This document shows, in pieces, positions 37,515 through 52,500 of a stretch of 64,000 nt of DNA (its first letter is position 1; every line of letters starts with the position of its first letter). The notes beneath the pieces are model-generated. The model was given only the letters and a program-made list of their open reading frames with translations. It was not told the origin of the DNA and did not search any database. A program made the position numbers and the translations under genes. The DNA is from Auanema rhodensis (taxonomy: Eukaryota > Animalia > Nematoda), in assembly GCA_964057225.1 (NCBI GenBank), contig OZ059895.1, positions 1,240,001 to 1,304,000 of the forward strand. The letters are read 5' to 3'.

Positions 37515-40500
37515 ATGCGGATTTTTAAGCTGCGTCGATCTGTGTTATCAGATTTGCGCTAGCTGAAAAATGCACCGAGATATCAACTGATATAAGTTCA
37601 CACTTATATCCTCGATTTTCACCCTGAAGAATTAATTTTTTCGTTGAATAACATTGTCCATCGTCTTTGCCTTGAAAAAAGGAATCTAAAAACATCTACT
37701 TTTTGCTAAATTATTTTGAAATTTTTCGAAAAAATTTTTGTCAAAATGTTTTTGGAAGCAATGTTGAGTGTACATGGAAACTCAACATACACTAATGCAT
37801 CATTTTTCAAACGATCATAACTAATTTTTGTATTAAGCGTTTCTCAATGTAGAATAGTGCATTCGATGCGGATTTTTAAGCTGCGTCGTTCTGTGTTATC
37901 AGATTTGCGCTAGCTGAAAAATGCACCGAGATATCAACTGATATAAGTTCACACATATATCCTCGATTTTCACCCTGAAGAATTAATTTTTTCGTTGAAT
38001 AACATTGTCCATCGTCTTTGCCTTGAAAAAAGGAATCTAAAAACATCTACTTTTTGCTAAATTATTTTGAAATTTTTCGAAAAAATTTTTGTCAAAATGT
38101 TTTTGGAAGCAATGTTGAGTGTACATGGAAACTCAACATACACTAATGCATCATTTTTCAAACGATCATAATTAATTTTTGTATTAAGCGTTTCTCAATT
38201 TAGTATAGTGCATTCGATGCGGATTTTTAAGCTGCGTCGATCTGTGTTATCAGATTTGCGCTAGCTTAAAAATGCACCGAGATATCAACTGATATAAGTT
38301 CACACTTATATCCTCGATTTTCACCCTGAAGAATTAATTTTTTCGTTGAATAACATTGTCCATCGTCTTTGCCTTGAAAAAAGGAATCTGAAAACATCTA
38401 CTTTTTGCTAAATTATTTTGAAATTTTTCGAAAAAATTTTTGTCAAAATGTTTTTGGAAGCAATGTTGAGTGTACATGGAAACTCAACATACACTAATGC
38501 ATCATTTTTCAAACGATCATAACTAATTTTTGTATTAAGCGTTTCTCAATTTAGTATAGTGCATTCGATGCGGATTTTTAAGCTGCGTCGATCTGTGTTA
38601 TCAGATTTGCGCTAGCTGAAAAATGCACCGAGATATCAACTGATATAAGTTCACACTTATATCCTCGATTTTCACCCTGAAGAATTAATTTTTTCGTTGA
38701 ATAACATTGTCCATCGTCTTTGCCTTGAAAAAAGGAATCTAAAAACATCTACTTTTTGCTAAATTATTTTGAAATTTTTCGAAAAAATTTTTGTCAAAAT
38801 GTTTTTGGAAGCAATGTTGAGTGTACATGGAAACTCAACATACACTAATGCATCATTTTTCAAACGATCATAACTAATTTTTGTATTAAGCGTTTCTCGA
38901 TGTAGTATAGTGCATTCGATGCGGATTTTTAAGCTGCGTCGTTCTGTGTTATCAGATTTGCGCTAGCTTAAAAATGCACCGAGATATCAACTGATATAAG
39001 TTCACACATATATCCTCGATTTTCACCCTGAAGAATTAATTTTTTCGTTGAATAACATTGTCCATCGTCTTTGCCTTGAAAAAAAGAATCTAAAAACATC
39101 TACTTTTTGCTAAATTATTTTGAAATTTTTCGAAAAAATTTTTGTCAAAATGTTTTTGGAAGCAATGTTGAGTGTACATGGAAACTCAACATACACTAAT
39201 GCATCATTTTTCAAACGATCATAACTTATTTTTGTATTAAGCGTTTCTCGATGTAGTATAGTGCATTCGATGCGGATTTTTAAGCTGCGTCGTTCTGTGT
39301 TATCAGATTTGCGCTAGCTTAAAAATGCACCGAGATATCAACTGATATAAGTTCACACATATATCCTCGATTTTCACCCTGAAGAATTAATTTTTTCGTT
39401 GAATAACATTGTCCATCGTCTTTGCCTTGAAAAAAAGAATCTAAAAACATCTACTTTTTGCTAAATTATTTTGAAATTTTTCGAAAAAATTTTTGTCAAA
39501 ATGTTTTTGGAAGCAATGTTGAGTGTACATGGAAACTCAACATACACTAATGCATCATTTTTCAAACGATCATAATTAATTTTTGTATTAAGCGTTTCTC
39601 AATGTAGTATAGTGCAATCGATGCGGATTTTTAAGCTGCGTCGATCTGTGTTATCAGATTTGCGCTAGCTTAAAAATGCACCGAGATATCAACTGATATA
39701 AGTTCACACATATATCCTCGATTTTCACCCTGAAGAATTAATTTTTTCGTTGAATAACATTGTCCATCGTCTTTGCCTTGAAAAAAAGAATCTAAAAACA
39801 TCTACTTTTTGCTAAATTATTTTGAAATTTTTCGAAAAAATTTTTGTCAAAATGTTTTTGGAAGCAATGTTGAGTGTACATGGAAACTCAACATACACTA
39901 ATGCATCATTTTTCAAACGATCATAATTAATTTTTGTATTAAGCGTTTCTCAATGTAGTATAGTGCATTCGATGCGGATTTTTAAGCTGCGTCGATCTGT
40001 GTTATCAGATTTGCGCTAGCTTAAAAATGCACCGAGATATCAACTGATATAAGTTCACACTTATATCCTCGATTTTCACCCTGAAGAATTAATTTTTTCG
40101 TTGAATAACATTGTCCATCGTCTTTGCCTTGAAAAAAGGAATCTGAAAACATCTACTTTTAGCTAAATTATTTTGAAATTTTTCGAAAAAATTTTTGTCA
40201 AAATGTTTTTGGAAGCAATGTTGAGTGTACATGGAAACTCAACATACACTAATGCATCATTTTTCAAACGATCAGAACTAATTTTTGTATTAAGCGTTTC
40301 TCAATTTAGTATAGTGCATTCGATGCGGATTTTTAAGCTGCGTCGATCTGTGTTATCAGATTTGCGCTAGCTGAAAAATGCACCGAGATATCAACTGATA
40401 TAAGTTCACACTTATATCCTCGATTTTCACCCTGAAGAATTAATTTTTTCGTTGAATAACATTGTCCATCGTCTTTGCCTTGAAAAAAGGAATCTAAAAA

Positions 40501-43500
40501 CATCTACTTTTTGCTAAATTATTTTGAAATTTTTCGAAAAAATTTTTGTCAAAATGTTTTTGGAAGCAATGTTGAGTGTACATGGAAACTCAACATACAC
40601 TAATGCATCATTTTTCAAACGATCATAACTAATTTTTGTATTAAGCGTTTCTCAATGTAGTATAGTGCATTCGATGCGGATTTTTAAGCTGCGTCGATCT
40701 GTGTTATCAGATTTGCGCTAGCTTAAAAATGCACCGAGATATCAACTGATATAAGTTCACACTTATATCCTCGATTTTCACCCTGAAGAATTAATTTTTT
40801 CGTTGAATAACATTGTCCATCGTCTTTGCCTTGAAAAAAGGAATCTGAAAACATCTACTTTTAGCTAAATTATTTTGAAATTTTTCGAAAAAATTTTTGT
40901 CAAAATGTTTTTGGAAGCAATGTTGAGTGTACATGGAAACTCAACATACACTAATGCATCATTTTTCATACGATCAGAACTAATTTTTGTATTAAGCGTT
41001 TCTCAATTTAGTATAGTGCATTCGATGCGGATTTTTAAGCTGCGTCGATCTGTGTTATCAGATTTGCGCTAGCTGAAAAATGCACCGAGATATCAACTGA
41101 TATAAGTTCACACTTATATCCTCGATTTTCACCCTGAAGAATTAATTTTTTCGTTGAATAACATTGTCCATCGTCTTTGCCTTGAAAAAAAGAATCTAAA
41201 AACATCTACTTTTTGCTAAATTATTTTGAAATTTTTCGAAAAAATTTTTGTCAAAATGTTTTTGGAAGCAATGTTGAGTGTACATGGAAACTCAACATAC
41301 ACTAATGCATCATTTTTCAAACGATCATAACTTATTTTTGTATTAAGCGTTTCTCGATGTAGTATAGTGCATTCGATGCGGATTTTTAAGCTGCGTCGTT
41401 CTGTGTTATCAGATTTGCGCTAGCTTAAAAATGCACCGAGATATCAACTGATATAAGTTCACACATATATCCTCGATTTTCACCCTGAAGAATTAATTTT
41501 TTCGTTGAATAACATTGTCCATCGTCTTTGCCTTGAAAAAAAGAATCTAAAAACATCTACTTTTTGCTAAATTATTTTGAAATTTTTCGAAAAAATTTTT
41601 GTCAAAATGTTTTTGGAAGCAATGTTGAGTGTACATGGAAACTCAACATACACTAATGCATCATTTTTCAAACGATCATAATTAATTTTTGTATTAAGCG
41701 TTTCTCAATGTAGTATAGTGCAATCGATGCGGATTTTTAAGCTGCGTCGATCTGTGTTATCAGATTTGCGCTAGCTTAAAAATGCACCGAGATATCAACT
41801 GATATAAGTTCACACATATATCCTCGATTTTCACCCTGAAGAATTAATTTTTTCGTTGAATAACATTGTCCATCGTCTTTGCCTTGAAAAAAAGAATCTA
41901 AAAACATCTACTTTTTGCTAAATTATTTTGAAATTTTTCGAAAAAATTTTTGTCAAAATGTTTTTGGAAGCAATGTTGAGTGTACATGGAAACTCAACAT
42001 ACACTAATGCATCATTTTTCAAACGATCATAATTAATTTTTGTATTAAGCGTTTCTCAATGTAGTATAGTGCATTCGATGCGGATTTTTAAGCTGCGTCG
42101 ATCTGTGTTATCAGATTTGCGCTAGCTTAAAAATGCACCGAGATATCAACTGATATAAGTTCACACTTATATCCTCGATTTTCACCCTGAAGAATTAATT
42201 TTTTCGTTGAATAACATTGTCCATCGTCTTTGCCTTGAAAAAAGGAATCTGAAAACATCTACTTTTAGCTAAATTATTTTGAAATTTTTCGAAAAAATTT
42301 TTGTCAAAATGTTTTTGGAAGCAATGTTGAGTGTACATGGAAACTCAACATACACTAATGCATCATTTTTCAAACGATCAGAACTAATTTTTGTATTAAG
42401 CGTTTCTCAATTTAGTATAGTGCATTCGATGCGGATTTTTAAGCTGCGTCGATCTGTGTTATCAGATTTGCGCTAGCTGAAAAATGCACCGAGATATCAA
42501 CTGATATAAGTTCACACTTATATCCTCGATTTTCACCCTGAAGAATTAATTTTTTCGTTGAATAACATTGTCCATCGTCTTTGCCTTGAAAAAAGGAATC
42601 TAAAAACATCTACTTTTTGCTAAATTATTTTGAAATTTTTCGAAAAAATTTTTGTCAAAATGTTTTTGGAAGCAATGTTGAGTGTACATGAAAACTCAAC
42701 ATACACTAATGCATCATTTTTCAAACGATCATAACTAATTTTTGTATTAAGCGTTTCTCAATGTAGTATAGTGCATTCGATGCGGATTTTTAAGCTGCGT
42801 CGATCTGTGTTATCAGATTTGCGCTAGCTTAAAAATGCACCGAGATATCAACTGATATAAGTTCACACTTATATCCTCGATTTTCACCCTGAAGAATTAA
42901 TTTTTTCGTTGAATAACATTGTCCATCGTCTTTGCCTTGAAAAAAGGAATCTGAAAACATCTACTTTTAGCTAAATTATTTTGAAATTTTTCGAAAAAAT
43001 TTTTGTCAAAATGTTTTTGGAAGCAATGTTGAGTGTACATGGAAACTCAACATACACTAATGCATCATTTTTCATACGATCAGAACTAATTTTTGTATTA
43101 AGCGTTTCTCAATTTAGTATAGTGCATTCGATGCGGATTTTTAAGCTGCGTCGATCTGTGTTATCAGATTTGCGCTAGCTGAAAAATGCACCGAGATATC
43201 AACTGATATAAGTTCACACTTATATCCTCGATTTTCACCCTGAAGAATTAATTTTTTCGTTGAATAACATTGTCCATCGTCTTTGCCTTGAAAAAAGGAA
43301 TCTAAAAACATCTACTTTTTGCTAAATTATTTTGAAATTTTTCGAAAAAATTTTTGTCAAAATGTTTTTGGAAGCAATGTTGAGTGTACATGGAAACTCA
43401 ACATACACTAATGCATCATTTTTCAAACGATCATAACTAATTTTTGTATTAAGCGTTTCTCAATGTAGTATAGTGCATTCGATGCGGATTTTTAAGCTGC

Positions 43501-46500
43501 GTCGATCTGTGTTATCAGATTTGCGCTAGCTTAAAAATGCACCGAGATATCAACTGATATAAGTTCACACTTATATCCTCGATTTTCACCCTGAAGAATT
43601 AATTTTTTCGTTGAATAACATTGTCCATCGTCTTTGCCTTGAAAAAAGGAATCTAAAAACATCTACTTTTTGCTAAATTATTTTGAAATTTTTCGAAAAA
43701 ATTTTTGTCAAAATGTTTTTGGAAGCAATGTTGAGTGTACATGGAAACTCAACATACACTAATGCATCATTTTTCAAACGATCATAATTAATTTTTGTAT
43801 TAAGCGTTTCTCAATTTAGTATAGTGCATTCGATGCGGATTTTTAAGCTGCGTCGATCTGTGTTATCAGATTTGCGCTAGCTTAAAAATGCACCGAGATA
43901 TCAACTGATATAAGTTCACACTTATATCCTCGATTTTCACCCTGAAGAATTAATTTTTTCGTTGAATAACATTGTCCATCGTCTTTGCCTTGAAAAAAAG
44001 AATCTAAAAACATCTACTTTTTGCTAAATTATTTTGAAATTTTTCGAAAAAATTTTTGTCAAAATGTTTTTGGAAGCAATGTTGAGTGTACATGGAAACT
44101 CAACATACACTAATGCATCATTTTTCAAACGATCATAACTATTTTTTGTATTAAGCGTTTCTCAATGTAGTATAGTGCATTCGATGCGGATTTTTAAGCT
44201 GCGTCGATCTGTGTTATCAGATTTGCGCTAGCTTAAAAATGCACCGAGATATCAACTGATATAAGTTCACACTTATATCCTCGATTTTCACCCTGAAGAA
44301 TTAATTTTTTCGTTGAATAACATTGTCCATCGTCTTTGCCTTGAAAAAAGGAATCTAAAAACATCTACTTTTTGCTAAATTATTTTGAAATTTTTCGAAA
44401 AAATTTTTGTCAAAATGTTTTTGGAAGCAATGTTGAGTGTACATGGAAACTCAACATACACTAATGCATCATTTTTCAAACGATCATAATTAATTTTTGT
44501 ATTAAGCTTTTCTCAATTTAGTATAGTGCATTCGATGCGGATTTTTAAGCTGCGTCGATCTGTGTTATCAGATTTGCGCTAGCTTAAAAATGCACCGAGA
44601 TATCAACTGATATAAGTTCACACTTATATCCTCGATTTTCACCCTGAAGAATTAATTTTTTCGTTGAATAACATTGTCCATCGTCTTTGCCTTGAAAAAA
44701 AGAATCTAAAAACATCTACTTTTTGCTAAATTATTTTGAAATTTTTCGAAAAAATTTTTGTCAAAATGTTTTTGGAAGCAATGTTGAGTGTACATGGAAA
44801 CTCAACATACACTAATGCATCATTTTTCAAACGATCATAACTATTTTTTGTATTAAGCGTTTCTCAATGTAGTATAGTGCATTCGATGCGGATTTTTAAG
44901 CTGCGTCGATCTGTGTTATCAGATTTGCGCTAGCTTAAAAATGCACCGAGATATCAACTGATATAAGTTCACACTTATATCCTCGATTTTCACCCTGAAG
45001 AATTAATTTTTTCGTTGAATAACATTGTCCATCGTCTTTGCCTTGAAAAAAGGAATCTAAAAACATCTACTTTTTGCTAAATTATTTTGAAATTTTTCGA
45101 AAAAATTTTTGTCAAAATGTTTTTGGAAGCAATGTTGAGTGTACATGGAAACTCAACATACACTAATGCATCATTTTTCAAACGATCATAATTAATTTTT
45201 GTATTAAGCGTTTCTCAATTTAGTATAGTGCATTCGATGCGGATTTTTAAGCTGCGTCGATCTGTGTTATCAGATTTGCGCTAGCTTAAAAATGCACCGA
45301 GATATCAACTGATATAAGTTCACACTTATATCCTCGATTTTCACCCTGAAGAATTAATTTTTTCGTTGAATAACATTGTCCATCGTCTTTGCCTTGAAAA
45401 AAAGAATCTAAAAACATCTACTTTTTGCTAAATTATTTTGAAATTTTTCGAAAAAATTTTTGTCAAAATGTTTTTGGAAGCAATGTTGAGTGTACATGGA
45501 AACTCAACATACACTAATGCATCATTTTTCAAACGATCATAACTATTTTTTGTATTAAGCGTTTCTCAATGTAGTATAGTGCATTCGATGCGGATTTTTA
45601 AGCTGCGTCGATCTGTGTTATCAGATTTGCGCTAGCTTAAAAATGCACCGAGATATCAACTGATATAAGTTCACACTTATATCCTCGATTTTCACCCTGA
45701 AGAATTAATTTTTTCGTTGAATAACATTGTCCATCGTCTTTGCCTTGAAAAAAGGAATCTGAAAACATCTACTTTTTGCTAAATTATTTTGAAATTTTTC
45801 GAAAAAATTTTTGTCAAAATGTTTTTGGAAGCAATGTTGAGTGTACATGGAAACTCAACATACACTAATGCATCATTTTTCAAACGATCAGAACTAATTT
45901 TTGTATTAAGCGTTTCTCAATTTAGTATAGTGCATTCGATGCGGATTTTTAAGCTGCGTCGATCTGTGTTATCAGATTTGCGCTAGCTGAAAAATGCACC
46001 GAGATATCAACTGATATAAGTTCACACTTATATCCTCGATTTTCACCCTGAAGAATTAATTTTTTCGTTGAATAACATTGTCCATCGTCTTTGCCTTGAA
46101 AAAAGGAATCTAAAAACATCTACTTTTTGCTAAATTATTTTGAAATTTTTCGAAAAAATTTTTGTCAAAATGTTTTTGGAAGCAATGTTGAGTGTACATG
46201 GAAACTCAACATACACTAATGCATCATTTTTCAAACGATCATAACTAATTTTTGTATTAAGCGTTTCTCAATGTAGTATAGTGCATTCGATGCGGATTTG
46301 TAAGCTGCGTCGATCTGTGTTATCAGATTTGCGCTAGCTTAAAAATGCACCGAGATATCAACTGATATAAGTTCACACTTATATCCTCGATTTTCACCCT
46401 GAAGAATTAATTTTTTCGTTGAATAACATTGTCCATCGTCTTTGCCTTGAAAATTGAAATCTAAAAACATCTACTTTTTGCTAAATTATTTTGAAATTTT

Positions 46501-49500
46501 TCGAAAAAATTTTTGTCAAAATGTTTTTGGAAGCAATGTTGAGTGTACATGGAAACTCAACATACACTAATGCATCATTTTTCAAACGATCATAACTAAT
46601 TTTTGTATTAAGCGTTTCTCAATGTAATATAGTGCATTCGATGCGGATTTTTAAGCTGCGTCGTTCTGTGTTATCAGATTTGCGCTAGCTGAAAAATGCA
46701 CCGAGATATCAACTGATATAAGTTCACACATATATCCTCGATTTTCACCCTGAAGAATTAATTTTTTCGTTGAATAACATTGTCCATCGTCTTTGCCTTG
46801 AAAAAAGGAATCTGAAAACATCTACTTTTTGCTAAATTATTTTGAAATTTTTCGAAAAAATTTTTGTCAAAATGTTTTTGGAAGCAATGTTGAGTGTACA
46901 TGGAAACTCAACATACACTAATGCATCATTTTTCAAACGATCATAATTAATTTTTGTATTAAGCGTTTCTCAATTTAGTATAGTGCATTCGATGCGGATT
47001 TTTAAGCTGCGTCGATCTGTGTTATCAGATTTGCGCTAGCTTAAAAATGCACCGAGATATCAACTGATATAAGTTCACACTTATATCCTCGATTTTCACC
47101 CTGAAGAATTAATTTTTTCGTTGAATAACATTGTCCATCGTCTTTGCCTTGAAAAAAGGAATCTGAAAACATCTACTTTTTGCTAAATTATTTTGAAATT
47201 TTTCGAAAAAATTTTTGTCAAAATGTTTTTGGAAGCAATGTTGAGTGTACATGGAAACTCAACATACACTAATGCATCATTTTTCAAACGATCATAACTA
47301 ATTTTTGTATTAAGCGTTTCTCAATTTAGTATAGTGCATTCGATGCGGATTTTTAAGCTGCGTCGATCTGTGTTATCAGATTTGCGCTAGCTGAAAAATG
47401 CACCGAGATATCAACTGATATAAGTTCACACTTATATCCTCTATTTTCACCCTGAAGAATTAATTTTTTCGTTGAATAACATTGTCCATCGTCTTTGCCT
47501 TGAAAAAAGGAATCTAAAAACATCTACTTTTTGCTAAATTATTTTGAAATTTTTCGAAAAAATTTTTGTCAAAATGTTTTTGGAAGCAATGTTGAGTGTA
47601 CATGGAAACTCAACATACACTAATGCATCATTTTTCAAACGATCAGAACTAATTTTTGTATTAAGCGTTTCTCAATTTAGTATAGTGCATTCGATGCGGA
47701 TTTTTAAGCTGCGTCGATCTGTGTTATCAGATTTGCGCTAGCTGAAAAATGCACCGAGATATCAACTGATATAAGTTCACACTTATATCCTCGATTTTCA
47801 CCCTGAAGAATTAATTTTTTCGTTGAATAACATTGTCCATCGTCTTTGCCTTGAAAAAAGGAATCTAAAAACATCTACTTTTTGCTAAATTATTTTGAAA
47901 TTTTTCGAAAAAATTTTTGTCAAAATGTTTTTGGAAGCAATGTTGAGTGTACATGGAAACTCAACATACACTAATGCATCATTTTTCAAACGATCATAAC
48001 TAATTTTTGTATTAAGCGTTTCTCAATGTAGTATAGTGCATTCGATGCGGATTTTTAAGCTGCGTCGATCTGTGTTATCAGATTTGCGCTAGCTTAAAAA
48101 TGCACCGAGATATCAACTGATATAAGTTCACACTTATATCCTTGATTTTCACCCTGAAGAATTAATTTTTTCGTTGAATAACATTGTCCATCGTCTTTGC
48201 CTTGAAAAAAGGAATCTAAAAACATCTACTTTTTGCTAAATTATTTTGAAAATTTTCGAAAAAATTTTTGTCAAAATGTTTTTGGAAGCAATGTTGAGTG
48301 TACATGGAAACTCAACATACACTAATGCATCATTTTTCAAACGATCATAATTAATTTTTGTATTAAGCGTTTTTCAATTTAGTATAGTGCATTCGATGCG
48401 GATTTTTAAGCTGCGTCGATCTGTGTTATCAGATTTGCGCTAGCTTAAAAATGCACCGAGATATCAACTGATATAAGTTCACACTTATATCCTCGATTTT
48501 CACCCTGAAGAATTAATTTTTTCGTTGAATAACATTGTCCATCGTCTTTGCCTTGAAAAAAGGAATCTAAAAACATCTACTTTTTGCTAAATTATTTTGA
48601 AATTTTTCGAAAAAATTTTTGTCAAAATGTTTTTGGAAGCAATGTTGAGTGTACATGGAAACTCAACATACACTAATGCATCATTTTTCAAACGATCATA
48701 ATTAATTTTTGTATTAAGCGTTTCTCAATTTAGTATAGTGCATTCGATGCGGATTTTTAAGCTGCGTCGATCTGTGTTATCAGATTTGCGCTAGCTTAAA
48801 AATGCACCGAGATATCAACTGATATAAGTTCACACTTATATCCTCGATTTTCACCCTGAAGAATTAATTTTTTCGTTGAATAACATTGTCCATCGTCTTT
48901 GCCTTGAAAAAAGGAATCTGAAAACATCTACTTTTTGCTAAATTATTTTGAAATTTTTCGAAAAAATTTTTGTCAAAATGTTTTTGGAAGCAATGTTGAG
49001 TGTACATGGAAACTCAACATACACTAATGCATCATTTTTCAAACGATCATAACTAATTTTTGTATTAAGCGTTTCTCAATTTAGTATAGTGCATTCGATG
49101 CGGATTTTTAAGCTGCGTCGATCTGTGTTATCAGATTTGCGCTAGCTGAAAAATGCACCGAGATATCAACTGATATAAGTTCACACTTATATCCTCTATT
49201 TTCACCCTGAAGAATTAATTTTTTCGTTGAATAACATTGTCCATCGTCTTTGCCTTGAAAAAAGGAATCTAAAAACATCTACTTTTTGCTAAATTATTTT
49301 GAAATTTTTCGAAAAAATTTTTGTCAAAATGTTTTTGGAAGCAATGTTGAGTGTACATGGAAACTCAACATACACTAATGCATCATTTTTCAAACGATCA
49401 GAACTAATTTTTGTATTAAACGTTTCTCAATTTAGTATAGTGCATTCGATGCGGATTTTTAAGCTGCGTCGATCTGTGTTATCAGATTTGCGCTAGCTGA

Positions 49501-52500
49501 AAAATGCACCGAGATATCAACTGATATAAGTTCACACTTATATCCTCGATTTTCACCCTGAAGAATTAATTTTTTCGTTGAATAACATTGTCCATCGTCT
49601 TTGCCTTGAAAAAAGGAATCTAAAAACATCTACTTTTTGCTAAATTATTTTGAAATTTTTCGAAAAAATTTTTGTCAAAATGTTTTTGGAAGCAATGTTG
49701 AGTGTACATGGAAACTCAACATACACTAATGCATCATTTTTCAAACGATCATAACTAATTTTTGTATTAAGCGTTTCTCAATGTAGTATAGTGCATTCGA
49801 TGCGGATTTTTAAGCTGCGTCGATCTGTGTTATCAGATTTGCGCTAGCTTAAAAATGCACCGAGATATCAACTGATATAAGTTCACACTTATATCCTTGA
49901 TTTTCACCCTGAAGAATTAATTTTTTCGTTGAATAACATTGTCCATCGTCTTTGCCTTGAAAAAAGGAATCTAAAAACATCTACTTTTTGCTAAATTATT
50001 TTGAAAATTTTCGAAAAAATTTTTGTCAAAATGTTTTTGGAAGCAATGTTGAGTGTACATGGAAACTCAACATACACTAATGCATCATTTTTCAAACGAT
50101 CATAATTAATTTTTGTATTAAGCGTTTCTCAATTTAGTATAGTGCATTCGATGCGGATTTTTAAGCTGCGTCGATCTGTGTTATCAGATTTGCGCTAGCT
50201 TAAAAATGCACCGAGATATCAACTGATATAAGTTCACACTTATATCCTCGATTTTCACCCTGAAGAATTAATTTTTTCGTTGAATAACATTGTCCATCGT
50301 CTTTGCCTTGAAAAAAAGAATCTAAAAACATCTACTTTTTGCTAAATTATTTTGAAATTTTTCGAAAAAATTTTTGTCAAAATGTTTTTGGAAGCAATGT
50401 TGAGTGTACATGGAAACTCAACATACACTAATGCATCATTTTTCAAACGATCACAACTAATTTTTGTATTAAGCGTTTCTCAATGTAGTATAGTGCATTC
50501 GATGCGGATTTTTAAGCTGCGTCGATCTGTGTTATCAGATTTGCGCTAGCTTAAAAATGCACCGAGATATCAACTGATATAAGTTCACACTTATATCCTC
50601 GATTTTCACCCTGAAGAATTAATTTTTTCGTTGAATAACATTGTCCATCGTCTTTGCCTTGAAAAAAGGAATCTGAAAACATCTACTTTTTGCTAAATTA
50701 TTTTGAAATTTTTCGAAAAAATTTTTGTCAAAATGTTTTTGGAAGCAATGTTGAGTGTACATGGAAACTCAACATACACTAATGCATCATTTTTCAAACG
50801 ATCAGAACTAATTTTTGTATTAAGCGTTTCTCAATTTAGTATAGTGCATTCGATGCGGATTTTTAAGCTGCGTCGATCTGTGTTATCAGATTTGCGCTAG
50901 CTGAAAAATGCACCGAGATATCAACTGATATAAGTTCACACTTATATCCTCGATTTTCACCCTGAAGAATTAATTTTTTTGTTGAATAACATTGTCCATC
51001 GTCTTTGCCTTGAAAAAAGGAATCTAAAATCATCTACTTTTTGCTAAATTATCTTGAAATTTTTCGAAAAAATTTTTGTCAAAATGTTTTTGGAAGCAAT
51101 GTTGAGTGTACATGGAAACTCAACATACACTAATGCATCATTTTTCAAACGATCATAATTAATTTTTGTATTAAGCGTTTCTCAATGTAGTATAGTGCAT
51201 TCGATGCGGATTTTTAAGCTGCGTCGATCTGTGTTATCAGATTTGCGCTAGCTTAAAAATGCACCGAGATATCAACTGATATAAGTTCACACTTATATCC
51301 TCGATTTTCACCCTGAAGAATTAATTTTTTCGTTGAATAACATTGTCCATCGTCTTTGCCTTGAAAAAAAGAATCTAAAAACATCTACTTTTTGCTAAAT
51401 TATTTTGAAATTTTTCGAAAAAATTTTTGTCAAAATGTTTTTGGAAGCAATGTTGAGTGTACATGGAAACTCAACATACACTAATGCATCATTTTTCAAA
51501 CGATCATAATTAATTTTTGTATTAAGCGTTTCTCAATGTAGTATAGTGCATTCGATGCGGATTTTTAAGCTGCGTCGATCTGTGTTATCAGATTTCCGCT
51601 AGCTTAAAAATGCACCGAGATATCAAATGATATAAGTTCACACTTATATCCTCGATTTTCACCCTGAAGAATTGATTTTTTCGTTGAAAAACATTGTCCA
51701 TCGTCTTTGCCTTGAAAAAAGGAATCTAAAAACATCTACTTTTTGCTAAATTATCTTGAAATTTTTCGAAAAAATTTTTGTCAAAATGTTTTTGGAAGCA
51801 ATGTTGAGTGTACATGGAAACTCAACATACACTAATGCATCATTTTTCAAACGATCATAATTAATTTTTGTATTAAGCGTTTCTCAATGTAGTATAGTGC
51901 AATCGATGCGGATTTTTAAGCTGCGTCGATCTGTGTTATCAGATTTGCGCTAGCTTAAAAATGCACCGAGATATCAACTGATATAAGTTCACACTTATAT
52001 CCTCGATTTTCACCCTGAAGAATTAATTTTTTCGTTGAATAACATTGTCCATCGTCTTTGCCTTGAAAAAAAGAATCTAAAAACATCTACTTTTTGCTAA
52101 ATTATTTTGAAATTTTTCGAAAAAATTTTTGTCAAAATGTTTTTGGAAGCAATGTTGAGTGTACATGGAAACTCAACATACACTAATGCATCATTTTTCA
52201 AACGATCATAACTAATTTTTGTATTAAGCGTTTCTCAATGTAGTATAGTGCATTCGATGCGGATTTTTAAGCTGCGTCGATCTGTGTTATCAGATTTCGC
52301 TAGCTTAAAAATGCACCGAGATATCAACTGATATAAGTTCACACTTATATCCTCGATTTTCACCCTGAAGAATTAATTTTTTCGTTGAATAACATTGTCC
52401 ATCGTCGTTGCCTTGAAAAAAGGAATCTGAAAACATCTACTTTTTGCTAAATTATTTTGAAATTTTTCGAAAAAATTTTTGTCAAAATGTTTTTGGAAGC

